Positions 8,477 to 18,970 of a DNA stretch of 64,000 nucleotides are shown piece after piece. Position 1 is the stretch's first letter. Each line of letters opens with the position of its first letter. The stretch spans positions 47,104-111,103 of the forward strand of contig URFZ01000004.1 of the NCBI GenBank assembly GCA_900547165.1, in the 5' to 3' direction. Source of the DNA: an uncultured Eubacteriales bacterium. GTDB lineage: Bacteria; Bacillota; Clostridia; Oscillospirales; UBA644. The position numbers and the translations under genes were made by a program. The notes beneath the pieces are model-generated. The model made no database searches. It saw only the letters and a list, made by a program, of their open reading frames with translations, and had not been told where the DNA came from.

Positions 8477-9345
8477 TTGTTTTCCCACGCTTTCAGTTCG
8501 CCTATCTCGTCGTAAAGGCGGACAAAGGATTCGTAACGGGTCTTCGGCACTCTGCCGTCTTCAACGGCGCGGCGTAAAGCGCAGTCCGGCTCGGCGATAT
8601 GGCGGCAGTCGGAAAAGCGGCAGCCGTCCGAAAGAGGCTCGGCAAATTCGGGGAACAGGTCGGGCAGAAAGCTTCTGTCAACCAGCCCGAACTCACGCGG
8701 TTCTATCTCGGAAAAGCCCGGAGTATCGACAACGCGTCCGCCGCAGGTCTCGAAAAGTTCCGTGTGACGGGTCGTGTTTTTGCCGCGTCCGAGTTTTTTG
8801 GATATTTCACCCGTTTCGGCGCGGGCTTCGGGGCAGATAAGGTTCATAAGCGTCGATTTTCCGACGCCTGAAACGCCCGAAAGCGCCACGGTGCAGCCGT
8901 TTATCTCGTTTTTCAGTTCTTCGACCGTCTTTTCGTTCGGAAATGCCGCCGAAAGAGAATAACTCTTTATCGGTAGCGACGAATACAGAGAAATGACGTC
9001 CGAATGCTTGTCCAGATCGGTTTTGTTGAAAACGAGAACGGGCGTTACGCCGAGAAAGCGCGCGATGACGGTCATTCGGTCAAGCGTGTAAAGATTGGGT
9101 GCGGGGTCGGCAACGGCGCAGACGATGAAAAGTTTGTCTATGTTCGCGACGGGCGGGCGCGGAAAAGCGTTTCTGCGCGGCAAAATCGCGGTCAGAGCGT
9201 CGTTTTCAACCTCGACCTCATCGCCGACAAGCGGCGATATTCCGTTTTTTCTGAAAATTCCTCGGGCGCGGACGGACAGCAGTTCGCCGTCCGATGCTCT
9301 GACGGTATACAGCCCGCCGACGCCCTTTATCAATGTTGCTTTCAC
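8473..9345 (-). CDS. rsgA: Ribosome small-subunit-dependent GTPase A
   Basis: P-loop GVSGVGKSTLMN, NKTD motif, and C-terminal zinc motif CRFSDCRHIAEPDC. Confidence 0.9.
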   Translation of the reverse strand: MKATLIKGVGGLYTVRASDGELLSVRARGIFRKNGISPLVGDEVEVENDALTAILPRRNAFPRPPVANIDKLFIVCAVADPAPNLYTLDRMTVIARFLGVTPVLVFNKTDLDKHSDVISLYSSLPIKSYSLSAAFPNEKTVEELKNEINGCTVALSGVSGVGKSTLMNLICPEARAETGEISKKLGRGKNTTRHTELFETCGGRVVDTPGFSEIEPREFGLVDRSFLPDLFPEFAEPLSDGCRFSDCRHIAEPDCALRRAVEDGRVPKTRYESFVRLYDEIGELKAWENK

Positions 9346-9363
9346 TTGTTTTTGTTTACCGTT

Positions 9364-11127
9364 TTACTGATTTCCGCCGTGTTCGGGGTTCGGGTCTTCC
9401 GTCGGCTCGGGTTCGGTCGTGGTCGGAGTTTCGGGTTCCGTTGTGGGCTCCGTTGTCGGCGGTTCGGTCTGTCCCTGTCCGTTGGAAACGAATATCGTTA
9501 TGGTTGTGCCCTTGGCGACCTTTTCGCCGGGTTCGGGAGAAGTCTTGGTGACAAGTCCCTCGGCAAGGTTGCTCGAACCGTACTGAACGACGTATTTTAT
9601 GCCGAGCGCGTCAAGTATCTTTTTGGCGGTGTCGAGATTTTCGCCGATGATGTTTGTGGGAATGGCTACGTCTTCGGAAGCCGAGCTGCCTTTCTTGTTC
9701 AGATAAAGGATTATCTTGCCGTTGCGGTCGAACTTCTCGCCTGCGGAGGGAGACGTTGCGACAACGTAATCATCTTCGATATCCGCGGATTCGGACGTAT
9801 ACTGTATCTCATACGCTATGCCGAGCGCGTTCAGAATGCTTCTTGCCGTATCGATATGGACGTTTGTCAAGCCCTCGGGCACGATGGTATAAGGCGAGTT
9901 GCCGTTTGAGACGTAAAGCACTATCTCCGAGCCTTTGGCAACGGATTTGCCTGCGGGCGGGTCCTGGTCTATTATCTTGCCCTCGTCCTCATCGGAGTTT
10001 TGCCATATAAAGCGGAACGCGAACTTCTGCGAATCTTCCATGGTCAGGTCGCTTGTCAGTTTGCCTTTGTATTCGGGCACGCGTTCATAGTCGCCTTTCA
10101 AGCCGTTGCCTATGCCGAGCATGACCAAAACCATAACAAGCAGCAGCAGCGCCGCGCCGCCTATGCCGATAACGGCGAACAGCCAGCGGTTTTGTGTGCG
10201 TTTTCTGACGTAGCGGCTCTTTCTCTTCGGTTGCGGGTCTTCCGCAACATAATTCGGGTCTGCTTCGGGCGGCGTTGTTTCGAGAATAACGTCGGGATTT
10301 TCTCTGAATTTTTCTATATCTTCAAGCATTTCGCCCGCGTTCTGGTATCTTGCCTCAACGTTTTTGCGCATGGCTTTCATCACGATATGCTCAACGGCGG
10401 GCGGGATGTCGGGAACTATCTGCGACGGCGGAACGGGCTTTTGCTGAACCTGCATGAGTGCGACGGAAACGGCGCTGTCTGCGTCAAACGGGAGTTTGCC
10501 CGTCAGCATTTCATAAAGAATGACGCCCGTCGAATAGATGTCGCTGCGTTCGTCGGCGGGTCTGCCCTTTGCCTGTTCGGGGCTGATGTAATGAACCGTG
10601 CCTATCGCCTTGTCGGAAATGGTTATCGTGCTGTAATTCTGAACGTGCGCGATACCGAAATCCATGACTTTGACGGTCTCGTTGCCGTCCACCAGAATGA
10701 TGTTCTGCGGTTTTATGTCACGGTGAACAACGCCGCGTTCGTGGGCGTGTTTGAGCGCGGAAAGTATCTGTTCGACGATATGGAGCGCGTCGTAAACGTC
10801 AAGCGCGCCGTGTTCGACCATATATTCTTTGAGCGTGGGACCTTCGAGGTATTCCATAACGATATACTGAACGTCGCCCTCGAAATTGACGTCGAGAACG
10901 TCCACGATATTCTCGTGCGAAAGCATTGCGATGGCGCGGGATTCGTTGAGAAAACGGCGGCGGGACTTCGGCTCGCGCACAAATTCCTCTTTAAGAACTT
11001 TGAGCGCAACAAGTCTGCCCTCCTGCGTGTCCTCGGCTTTGTAAACGATGCTCATGCCGCCCGTGCCGATAACTTCTTTGACTGCGTAACGACCGTCAAG
11101 GACGGTTCCGACCAATCTGTCTTCCAT
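9364..11127 (-). CDS. prkC: Ser/Thr protein kinase with extracellular PASTA repeats (PrkC/Stk1 type)
   Basis: Hanks kinase motifs (GTGGMSIVYKA, HRDIKPQN, DFG), a central TM helix, and repeated PASTA-like modules at the C-terminus. Confidence 0.9.
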   Translation of the reverse strand: MEDRLVGTVLDGRYAVKEVIGTGGMSIVYKAEDTQEGRLVALKVLKEEFVREPKSRRRFLNESRAIAMLSHENIVDVLDVNFEGDVQYIVMEYLEGPTLKEYMVEHGALDVYDALHIVEQILSALKHAHERGVVHRDIKPQNIILVDGNETVKVMDFGIAHVQNYSTITISDKAIGTVHYISPEQAKGRPADERSDIYSTGVILYEMLTGKLPFDADSAVSVALMQVQQKPVPPSQIVPDIPPAVEHIVMKAMRKNVEARYQNAGEMLEDIEKFRENPDVILETTPPEADPNYVAEDPQPKRKSRYVRKRTQNRWLFAVIGIGGAALLLLVMVLVMLGIGNGLKGDYERVPEYKGKLTSDLTMEDSQKFAFRFIWQNSDEDEGKIIDQDPPAGKSVAKGSEIVLYVSNGNSPYTIVPEGLTNVHIDTARSILNALGIAYEIQYTSESADIEDDYVVATSPSAGEKFDRNGKIILYLNKKGSSASEDVAIPTNIIGENLDTAKKILDALGIKYVVQYGSSNLAEGLVTKTSPEPGEKVAKGTTITIFVSNGQGQTEPPTTEPTTEPETPTTTEPEPTEDPNPEHGGNQ

Positions 11128-11141
11128 ATATAAATATCTCC

Positions 11142-11882
11142 TTATTCAATCTCATCGCCGCAGACAATTACCGCGGTCACATTGTCCGTTCCCCCGTTTT
11201 TGAGAGCGCGCGACACAAGTTCGTCGCAGACCCTCTCGGCGGGAACCGTTTCAAAAACACTTTCTATCTCGGAGTCTTCGAGCATATTCGTCAGCCCGTC
11301 CGAGCAAAGAAGTATAATATCCGTCGGAGAAAATTCTGTTTTTTCAATATCCGCTTCGACCTCGCTTGTGAAGCCGAGAACGCGGGTTATAACGTGACGG
11401 TAAGGGTGGGTCTTTGCTTCCTCTTCCGTTATCTCGCCGTCATCGAGCATTTGCTGAACTATCGAATGATCCCGTGTCAGGCGTGAAAGAGAATCACCGT
11501 CATAAAGATAAGCGCGGCTGTCGCCGACATGGGCTATGTACGCTTTGCCGTCCAAAACATAGGCCATAACAACGGTCGTGCCCATTCCGCGAAGTCCCGC
11601 GTCTTTCAAAGAGACAGCAAAAACCGTTTCGTTTGTGTGTTTGATAACTTTGCGGAGCAATGTTTCGACCGAGCGGCTGCGCGCAAAATCGTCGTAACTT
11701 GTCGAAAGCGACGCGTCAAACGTTCTCACGGCAAGTTCGGAAGCAACGTTGCCGCCGTTGTGACCGCCCATACCGTCGCACACAACGGCATAAAGACAGC
11801 CTTCGTCAAGTTGTCTGAAAACCATGTTGTCCTGATTCGATTCGCGAACCTTTCCGACATCGGTCTTTCCGTAAACTTTCAA
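11142..11882 (-). CDS. stp: PP2C-family Ser/Thr phosphatase (Stp/PrpC)
   Basis: 246 aa with VCDGMGGH and GGTDNVT motifs. Sits directly upstream of prkC, as in other Firmicutes. Confidence 0.9.
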   Translation of the reverse strand: MKVYGKTDVGKVRESNQDNMVFRQLDEGCLYAVVCDGMGGHNGGNVASELAVRTFDASLSTSYDDFARSRSVETLLRKVIKHTNETVFAVSLKDAGLRGMGTTVVMAYVLDGKAYIAHVGDSRAYLYDGDSLSRLTRDHSIVQQMLDDGEITEEEAKTHPYRHVITRVLGFTSEVEADIEKTEFSPTDIILLCSDGLTNMLEDSEIESVFETVPAERVCDELVSRALKNGGTDNVTAVIVCGDEIE

Positions 11883-11939
11883 GCCTTTGACACCTCCTCG
11901 GTGTTTGGTTTATTTGAAAATGTTTATTTTACTGATTAT

Positions 11940-12965
11940 TTATTGTTTGCTTTTTTCCTCGGCAAGGCGGAGTTGACCGCAAGCCGCGTTTATGCCGTCG
12001 CCGAGCGTGCGGCGGAGCGTGGCGTTTATGCCGCGTTCAAGCAGCATATCACAAAATTCGTTGACCGTCTTTCTGTCCGACGGAACAAGTCCGCGTTCGG
12101 AAACATAATTGACGGGGATAAGGTTGACGTGGGCAAGTCTGCCCTTCATAAGTAACGCAAGTCTGCGCGCGTGGGCGGGAGTATCGTTCACGCCCTTTAT
12201 AAGAGTATATTCATAAGAAATCCTGCGATTCGTAGCCGCAACATAGGCGTCGCAGGCTTTCATCAGCGTCTCAACATTATATGCGGAGTTTATCGGCATT
12301 ATCTGCGAACGGGTCTCGTCGTCCGGCGCGTGCAGAGAGACGGAAAGCGTTATCTGCAAGCGTTTTTCGGCAAGTTCGTAAATTTTGGGAACGATGCCGC
12401 AGGTGGACACGGAAACATGGCGGTGGCTGATGTTCAGACCGCGCGGGTCGTGCAGATTTTCAAGAAAAACGCAGAGGTTGTCAAAATTGTCCAGCGGTTC
12501 GCCGACGCCCATGACAACGATGTTGGTCACGCCCGCGTCTGCGTTTGCGAAAGCGACCTGCGCAAGCATTTCGCCCGCCGTCAGATCGCGCTCTTTACCC
12601 AAAAGCGTACTTGCGCAAAAGCGGCAGCCCATGCGGCAGCCCGCCTGCGAAGAGATGCAGACGCTGTTGCCGTGCTTGTATTTCATAACGACGGTCTCGA
12701 TAAGAAGCCCGTCCGAAAGCGCAAAAAGATACTTTGCAGTGCCGTCCTCGGGGTCAACGAAGCGGCGGCGCATTTCAAGCGTGGCAAGGGTGCAGTTCTC
12801 ATGCAGTTTTTCGCGCAGCGACTTCGAAATATCCGTCATGCCGTCAAACGTCATAACGCCGCGGCTCAGCCACGCATATATCTGCTTTGCGCGGAATGCG
12901 GGTTCGCCGAGGGACTTGATATACGTTTCGAGGTCGGTAAATGTCAATGATGAAATGTCTGTCAT
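11940..12965 (-). CDS. rlmN: 23S rRNA/tRNA (adenine-C2)-methyltransferase, radical SAM
   Basis: Cluster CRMGCRFC, FRAKQIYAWL at the N-terminus, and C-terminal ..INAACGQL. The start is moved to the ATG at 12965 (MTDISS...). Confidence 0.9.
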   Translation of the reverse strand: MTDISSLTFTDLETYIKSLGEPAFRAKQIYAWLSRGVMTFDGMTDISKSLREKLHENCTLATLEMRRRFVDPEDGTAKYLFALSDGLLIETVVMKYKHGNSVCISSQAGCRMGCRFCASTLLGKERDLTAGEMLAQVAFANADAGVTNIVVMGVGEPLDNFDNLCVFLENLHDPRGLNISHRHVSVSTCGIVPKIYELAEKRLQITLSVSLHAPDDETRSQIMPINSAYNVETLMKACDAYVAATNRRISYEYTLIKGVNDTPAHARRLALLMKGRLAHVNLIPVNYVSERGLVPSDRKTVNEFCDMLLERGINATLRRTLGDGINAACGQLRLAEEKSKQ

Positions 12966-13061
12966 ATCCGTAATAAAAAAATTCGGTAATGTGGTATCGT
13001 TACTCCGCGCCGAGCGCATACACCGCGTCGGGCAGAGTCTGTATATTTGCCGTTAAAGCGT

Positions 13062-13757
13062 TCAATCCCTGTTGTTGCTTCTCGCTATCAGGATAAGTCG
13101 CAGCAGTTGTGCCAAAGACACGGCAAGCGCGGCAACGTAAGTCATCGCGGCGGCGGAAAGCACTTTGCGCGTACCCGATGTTTCGTCCGACGAAAGTATT
13201 CCGCAGGAAACAAGGGATTTCATGGCGCGGGACGATGCGTTGAATTCGACGGGGAGCGTGACGAGTTGGAAAAGAACAACCGCGGCAAACGCGATAACGC
13301 CCGCCATGACAAGCGGTTTGAAACTTAAAAAGATACCGAGTATAATAAGCGGAATCGAGAGCGAAGAGCCGATATTCGCAACGGGAAGCACGGCGTTTCT
13401 TATTTTGATGGGCGCATATCCCGAATAATGCTGGCAGACGTGTCCGACCTCATGGGCGGCAATGCCGACTGCGGCGACGGATGTTGAATTGAAAACGTCT
13501 GCGGACAGGGACACCACGTTCGTGCGCGGGTTATAATGGTCCGTCAGTTCGCCCCCGCACACCTCGATACGGACATCGGTTATCCCGTTTTCAAGCAGAA
13601 TGCGGCGGGCGGCTTCCGCGCCCGTTATGCCGCTGCGGTTGCGGACTGTTTTGTATTTGGAGTATGTTCCCTTGACGTTCGCGCTCATAATGAGTGAGAA
13701 TATAATCATCGGAACAACCAGAATAACATACCAATAATCATAAAAGAAAAGAGGCAT
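13062..13757 (-). CDS. Membrane zinc metallopeptidase (YugP-like, putative neutral zinc metallopeptidase family)
   Basis: 231 aa with an HEVGH motif and TM helices at both ends. Confidence 0.75.
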   Translation of the reverse strand: MPLFFYDYWYVILVVPMIIFSLIMSANVKGTYSKYKTVRNRSGITGAEAARRILLENGITDVRIEVCGGELTDHYNPRTNVVSLSADVFNSTSVAAVGIAAHEVGHVCQHYSGYAPIKIRNAVLPVANIGSSLSIPLIILGIFLSFKPLVMAGVIAFAAVVLFQLVTLPVEFNASSRAMKSLVSCGILSSDETSGTRKVLSAAAMTYVAALAVSLAQLLRLILIARSNNRD

Positions 13758-13858
13758 TTTAATATCTCCTTATTAAACGGCAGAGCCGTTATCAGAAATT
13801 GATACCCGTGAAAGCGTCTTTCGCTCGCGGCTCGGACTTCACCTGCCGCCTGCCGCCG

Positions 13859-14770
13859 TTACGAAAGCTTTTCCGGCTTTCTGCCGCGGCAGAAGTCCTC
13901 GGCGGACATACGTTTTTTGCCTTCGAGTTGGATATCCGTCAGACGAACAAGCCCGTCGCCGACCCTGACGACAAAGCGTTTGCCGTCAACGACCGTTCCC
14001 GGCTCGGCGTCGGACGAACCCTGTTCAAGGCGCGCGCCGTAAACTTTGAGATTTTTTCCGTCAAGCTCGCAGAAAGCGCACGGTACGGGGCTTAATCCGC
14101 GGACGCGGTTGACAAAATCGCGCGCGGACATATTCATATCAAGGCGGCGCGTTTCGTTGTCTATCATCGGGGAATAGCAGGTCTCGCCCTCCTGCGGAAT
14201 GCGCGGAGCGGTTCCCTGCTCTATCGCGTCAACGGTCTTGACGAGAAGTTCCGCGCCCAACGCGGCGCAGCGGTCGTGCAGAGTGCCGAAATCGTCGTCT
14301 TCGGTTATCTCCGTTTCCGCTTTGAATATCATGTCGCCCGTGTCAAGTCCCGTGTCCATATACATCGTGGTAACGCCCGTCTTTTCACAGCCGTCCATAA
14401 GAACTTTGTTTATCGGGGCGGCGCCGCGGTACATCGGAAGCAGCGAACCGTGAACATTGATACTGCCGAGCCCCGGATAATCGAGAACGTATGCGGGAAG
14501 AATTTTTCCGTAAGCGACAACGACGTTCAGTTCGGGGTCTATCTCCGAAAGCAAGTCCGCTATCGCGCCGTTTTTGAGCGTGGTCGGCTTATAAACGGGA
14601 ATGCCGAGTTCAGCCGCTCTTGCGCTGACGGGCGTCGGGGTCAGGGTATACCCTCTGCCTTTCGGCTTATCGGGCTGTGAGATAACGGCAACGGGGGTTC
14701 TGCCCGCTTTTACAAGCGCGTCAAGGCTTGCAACGGCAAAATCCGAAGTTCCCATAAAAAGTATGCGCAT
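13859..14770 (-). CDS. fmt: Methionyl-tRNA formyltransferase
   Basis: MRILFMGTSDFAV..., a HGSLLPMYRGAAP motif, and a position just downstream of def. Confidence 0.9.
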   Translation of the reverse strand: MRILFMGTSDFAVASLDALVKAGRTPVAVISQPDKPKGRGYTLTPTPVSARAAELGIPVYKPTTLKNGAIADLLSEIDPELNVVVAYGKILPAYVLDYPGLGSINVHGSLLPMYRGAAPINKVLMDGCEKTGVTTMYMDTGLDTGDMIFKAETEITEDDDFGTLHDRCAALGAELLVKTVDAIEQGTAPRIPQEGETCYSPMIDNETRRLDMNMSARDFVNRVRGLSPVPCAFCELDGKNLKVYGARLEQGSSDAEPGTVVDGKRFVVRVGDGLVRLTDIQLEGKKRMSAEDFCRGRKPEKLS

Positions 14771-14788
14771 ATTTTCGGTTTCCTTTCG

Positions 14789-15253
14789 TCAATCCTCGTC
14801 GGGGTCGAGATAATGCTCAACGTGCGTTCTGAAAAGTATTCCGTCGAGGTGGTCAAGTTCGTGGCAGAAGCAGACGGCGGTTATGCCCTCGCGGGTGTAC
14901 TGTACGTCTTCGCCCTTAACGTTTTTGGCGCGGACGGTCACTCTTGCGGGGCGGCGCGTAACGCCGAACACCCCGGGAATGGAAAGACAGCCCTCGTGGG
15001 CTTCCTGTTCGCCGACGGCTTCAACGATTTCGGGATTTATGAGTTCGAACATCTTGCCGTTATCGTCAACCACAACGACAACGCGGCGCAGAATGCCGAC
15101 CTGCGGAGCGGCAAGTCCCAGCCCCTCGGCAAGTTTTAACGTGTCTTTCATGTCGTGAACAAGTTCTTCAAGATGTCTGTCGAATTTTTCGACGGGACGG
15201 CAGACCTTTGCAAGACGCTCGTCGCCCTCTTTTACTATGTTTCGAATAGCCAT
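14789..15253 (-). CDS. def: Peptide deformylase
   Basis: Motifs GLAAPQVG, EGCLS and HELDH. Confidence 0.92.
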   Translation of the reverse strand: MAIRNIVKEGDERLAKVCRPVEKFDRHLEELVHDMKDTLKLAEGLGLAAPQVGILRRVVVVVDDNGKMFELINPEIVEAVGEQEAHEGCLSIPGVFGVTRRPARVTVRAKNVKGEDVQYTREGITAVCFCHELDHLDGILFRTHVEHYLDPDED

Positions 15254-15435
15254 ATTTATAACCTCTGAAAAATTATCCGAATTGTTCTCTCCCGTTCAGC
15301 CCGCGCAAAATCACGGACAGGCAAAATCGTTGCGTGGCAACGGACGGAGAAGATATTGTATTTTCATATTAACCGTGCGAAGCGCAGACCCTTTTGCGCG
15401 GGGAGTGCGCCGCCGTATCGTTCGTTTTATACGTT

Positions 15436-17880
15436 TTATATTATGCTCGTCGGGTTCATGTCAAGCCCCACGGTGACGTCGCGCATATCCTTGTCCGTCA
15501 GCATACCGAGATAAACCTCTCGGAGCAGACGGCGGGTCGGTGCGTCGTCGCGGCATTTGATAAGAACTCTGACCCTGTCCCTGCCGCCGACCATGGGCAC
15601 GGCGGTCTGTCGGGCGCGGATTATCGTGAGCGGGAGTTTTGCGAACTCTTCGCATTTCAGTTTTTCCTCGATGCGGGAAGTGAACGCTTCGGCGGCTTCA
15701 AAGGCGCGCGGGAGCGTATCGGCGGTGAAAACGCATTGACACACGTCGCAGAACGGCGGGTATACAAGCAGTTTTCGCAGCGAAGTTTCTTCCTCAAAAA
15801 AGCCCTCGTAATCCTGCTTTATTGCGTGTTCGAGCACCAAGTGGGTCGGGGAGAAAGTCTGAATAACGGCTCTGCCCTGTTTTTCGGCGCGGCCCGCTCT
15901 TCCGACGACCTGCGTCAGGAGCGAAAACGTTTTTTCGTATGCGCGGAAATCGGACGAATAGAGCAGCGAATCGGCGGAAAGAACGCCGACAAGCGTCACA
16001 TTGGGAAAATCCAGCCCTTTTGTTATCATCTGCGTGCCGAGCAATACGTCGTATTCGCGGCGGGCGAACGCGGAAAGGATCTCATCGCGGCTGTTCTTGC
16101 CGCCTACGGTGTCAGCGTCCATGCGCAGCACACGGAGTTCGGGAAACATCGCTTTTATCTCGCGTTCGGCGCGCTGTGTGCCGTAACCGGAATATTTGAG
16201 CGTTTTTGAGCCGCAGACGGGACAAACCGAAGCGGCGGGTTTGCTTTCGCCGCAGTAATGGCAGACAAGGCGGTCATTGGCGGCGTGGTATGTCATCGGA
16301 ATACCGCAGCTTTTGCAGGCAAAAACATACTTGCATTTGGGGCATTGAACAAAGGAGTTATACCCTCTGCGGTTCATAAAAAGAATGGTTTGTTCGTGTT
16401 TTTCGACGTTTTTCGCTATTTCCGAGGCAAGCACGGAGCCGATAATATCGCGGTTGCCCTCGGCAAGTTCGCGGGACATATCGCTGACAAGCACTTTGGG
16501 AAGCGGTCCGCCGTTATACCTTTCGCGCAGGACGGAAAGCCCTATCCTGCCCTTTTGCGCCTTATAAAAACTTTCAAAGGACGGGGTGGCGGAAGCGACG
16601 AGCAGGAGCGCCTTTTCTTCGTGAACACGGTAGCCCGCAACGGCTTTTGCGTCGTAACGGGGCGATTTTTCGGATTTGTAAGTATGCTCCTGTTCCTCGT
16701 CCACGATAACAAGACCGAGATCTTTGAGCGGGGCGAAAACGGCGCTTCGGGTGCCGACGACGAATCGGGCATCGCCCGTGCGTATGCGTTTGTACTCGTC
16801 ATAGCGTTCGCCGACGGAAAGCCCGCTGTGCAGAACCGCAAGCAGGTCGCCGTAGCGGCTGACAAGGCGGTCTATTATCTGCAAAGTAAGCGATATTTCG
16901 GGTAATAAGAGCAAAACCGACTTGCCCTGTGAAAGCACTTTGTCCGCAAGGGCGGTGAAAACGTGCGTTTTGCCGCTGCCCGTGACGCCGTAAAGCAGAT
17001 GTGCGCCGCCGCTGCCGAGATTTGCCGAAATTTCTTCAAACGCCTTTTGCTGTTCGGCGTTGAGCACGCAGGGCGCGGTGTCCGAGCCGCGTTTCTTGTT
17101 TTTGAGAGGGTCGCGCGGGGTTTCTTTTTCAAAGAACTCCGTCACGCCGTATTTTTCAAGCGTTTTAAGCACCGAAACGGAAACGCCTGTCATATAGATA
17201 ACGTCCTTGACGCTCGAATCCCCGTTTTCGAAAAGATAATCGAGAACGGCAAGCCTTTTTTGAATGTTCGGCGCTTTTTTGGGGCGTCCGCGGCGGGCGT
17301 AATCGGCTGCGCGGGGCAGCACGCGCACAAAGCGCGAAACGCTGTCCGAGACGGTCTGTTTCTTTTCGAGAGTTTCCGTCAGTTCGCCTTTCTTTATCAG
17401 GCGCAGGACTTTTGTGTAGTTTTCTTTGCCGAGGCGCTCGGCAAGGTTTTTGCGTGAAACGGTATTTTGATTTTTCTCAAAAAAGTCGCGTATTTCGGGG
17501 TCGGAAACGGGCGCGTCCATACGCACGAACCTGTCAAACCCGCCGACCGTGCCGGGAGCCATAACGGTCTTTGCGGCTTCGAAAAACGGACAAAAATACC
17601 GTTCTTTCATAAAAGCGCAAAGCCGAAGTCCCTTTTCGTCAAGGACGGGCGACGCGGAAAATACGTCTTCCACCTCTTTGAGTTTCACGCCCTCGGAATG
17701 TTTGCGTATCTCGGTGACAACGGCGCGAACGGCGCGGCTGCCTCTGCCGAACGGGCAGCGCACGAGACTGCCGACGCAGACAACTTCTTCAAGCGCCGCG
17801 GGCAGCAGATATTCGTACTGTTTGTCCGCCTGATAAGGCACATCCTCGATATAAACGAGAACGCTTTTTTCCGAGGTCAT
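15436..17880 (-). CDS. priA: Primosomal protein N' (replication restart helicase)
   Basis: 814 aa with Walker A GVTGSGKT, a DEEQ box, and a Cys-rich zinc-binding insert (CPKC..C..C..CHYC..CPVC). Confidence 0.9.
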   Translation of the reverse strand: MTSEKSVLVYIEDVPYQADKQYEYLLPAALEEVVCVGSLVRCPFGRGSRAVRAVVTEIRKHSEGVKLKEVEDVFSASPVLDEKGLRLCAFMKERYFCPFFEAAKTVMAPGTVGGFDRFVRMDAPVSDPEIRDFFEKNQNTVSRKNLAERLGKENYTKVLRLIKKGELTETLEKKQTVSDSVSRFVRVLPRAADYARRGRPKKAPNIQKRLAVLDYLFENGDSSVKDVIYMTGVSVSVLKTLEKYGVTEFFEKETPRDPLKNKKRGSDTAPCVLNAEQQKAFEEISANLGSGGAHLLYGVTGSGKTHVFTALADKVLSQGKSVLLLLPEISLTLQIIDRLVSRYGDLLAVLHSGLSVGERYDEYKRIRTGDARFVVGTRSAVFAPLKDLGLVIVDEEQEHTYKSEKSPRYDAKAVAGYRVHEEKALLLVASATPSFESFYKAQKGRIGLSVLRERYNGGPLPKVLVSDMSRELAEGNRDIIGSVLASEIAKNVEKHEQTILFMNRRGYNSFVQCPKCKYVFACKSCGIPMTYHAANDRLVCHYCGESKPAASVCPVCGSKTLKYSGYGTQRAEREIKAMFPELRVLRMDADTVGGKNSRDEILSAFARREYDVLLGTQMITKGLDFPNVTLVGVLSADSLLYSSDFRAYEKTFSLLTQVVGRAGRAEKQGRAVIQTFSPTHLVLEHAIKQDYEGFFEEETSLRKLLVYPPFCDVCQCVFTADTLPRAFEAAEAFTSRIEEKLKCEEFAKLPLTIIRARQTAVPMVGGRDRVRVLIKCRDDAPTRRLLREVYLGMLTDKDMRDVTVGLDMNPTSII

Positions 17881-17893
17881 AAGCGTTTACCGT

Positions 17894-18109
17894 TCAGACT
17901 TCTTCGAAGTACGCTTTGCCGTCCGCGAAATCCTTGACGGCAAGAGATACGGAACGGTCTTCAAGACGTTCGTCAGCTGCGTCCGCTCTGTCGGCTATCT
18001 CACGCGCGTGTTTCGCAACGGCGATAACGAGCGAATAACGGCACTGTCTTCTGTTGGCAACACCGTGTTTGTTGATTTTCAAAAGTTGATTCATGCTGGG
18101 ATATAACAT
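17894..18109 (-). CDS. rpoZ: DNA-directed RNA polymerase subunit omega
   Basis: 71 aa, MLYPSMNQLL..RYSLVIAVAKHAREI, with the conserved gmk-rpoZ arrangement. Confidence 0.85.
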   Translation of the reverse strand: MLYPSMNQLLKINKHGVANRRQCRYSLVIAVAKHAREIADRADAADERLEDRSVSLAVKDFADGKAYFEEV

Positions 18110-18120
18110 AACAATAACAC

Positions 18121-18693
18121 CTATCCTATATATTTCAAAATCAGTTTTTCAAGTTCGTTGACGGCTTCCTCAAGTCCGTCGTTTACAATGCGGTGGTCGT
18201 AATCGCCGCTCATTTTCATCTCGTAACGCGCGCGGTTGAGACGTTTTTCTATCGCCGCGGAAGTCTCGGACTGTCTGCCGCGTATGCGTTTTTCGAGCAC
18301 TTCCTCGCTCGGCGGCGCGATAAACACGGTCACGGCCTCGGGCATACGCTTGCGGACGTTGAGCATTCCCTCGCGTTCGATTTTGAGTATGACCGCTTTG
18401 CCCTCATCCACCCATTTTTTTATCGGGTCGAGCGGCGTGCCGTAAAGCACGGAGCAATATTCGGTATATTCAAGCATTTTGCCCTCGGCTATGGCGCGGC
18501 GGAATTCATCCTCGCCGATGAAGTTATAATCCACGCCGTCGACCTCGCCTGAACGCGGCGGGCGGGTCGTGTTGGAAACAGAAATCACCGCACGGTCGCC
18601 GAGGCGGGGCATGAGTTCTTTCAGCACGGTGTCCTTGCCTACGCCCGACGGTCCCGAAACAACAAAGACGGCGCCTTTTTTGTGACTATTCAT
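18121..18693 (-). CDS. gmk: Guanylate kinase
   Basis: P-loop [10 protein letters not shown] and TTRPPR motif. The start is moved to the ATG at 18693 ([12 protein letters not shown]...). Confidence 0.9.
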   Translation of the reverse strand: MNSHKKGAVFVVSGPSGVGKDTVLKELMPRLGDRAVISVSNTTRPPRSGEVDGVDYNFIGEDEFRRAIAEGKMLEYTEYCSVLYGTPLDPIKKWVDEGKAVILKIEREGMLNVRKRMPEAVTVFIAPPSEEVLEKRIRGRQSETSAAIEKRLNRARYEMKMSGDYDHRIVNDGLEEAVNELEKLILKYIG

Positions 18694-18952
18694 CCTCTTC
18701 GTCCTCTTCCATATCCGTGTCGGGTTCCGCTCTCGCGGCAACGGTCTCGGGCTGAACGGCGCTCAGAATAACGTGTTCGCTGTCCGTTATGATAACGGCG
18801 CGCGTGCGTCTGCCGTATGTGGCGTCGATAAGGGTCGATTTTTCTTTTGCGTCCTGTATTATGCGCTTTATCGGAGAAGAGTCGGGGCTGACAATGGCAA
18901 CTATCCTGCCCGCGGCGACAACGTTTCCGAAGCCGATATTGACAAGTTTCAT
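18686..18952 (-). CDS. remA: RemA/YlzA (DUF370) regulatory protein
   Basis: 88 aa, [47 protein letters not shown]. Conserved position between yicC and gmk. Confidence 0.85.
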   Translation of the reverse strand: MKLVNIGFGNVVAAGRIVAIVSPDSSPIKRIIQDAKEKSTLIDATYGRRTRAVIITDSEHVILSAVQPETVAARAEPDTDMEEDEEDE

Positions 18953-18970
18953 ATCTCTTTTTCTCCCCTT

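Noticed and set aside
10000-11133. 377-aa plus-strand ORF
   Set aside because: It is antisense to the prkC kinase domain and is a shadow ORF. The same reasoning applies to 9004-9909, 15394-16209, 16258-16905, 20590-21543, 51167-52219 and 52560-53258.
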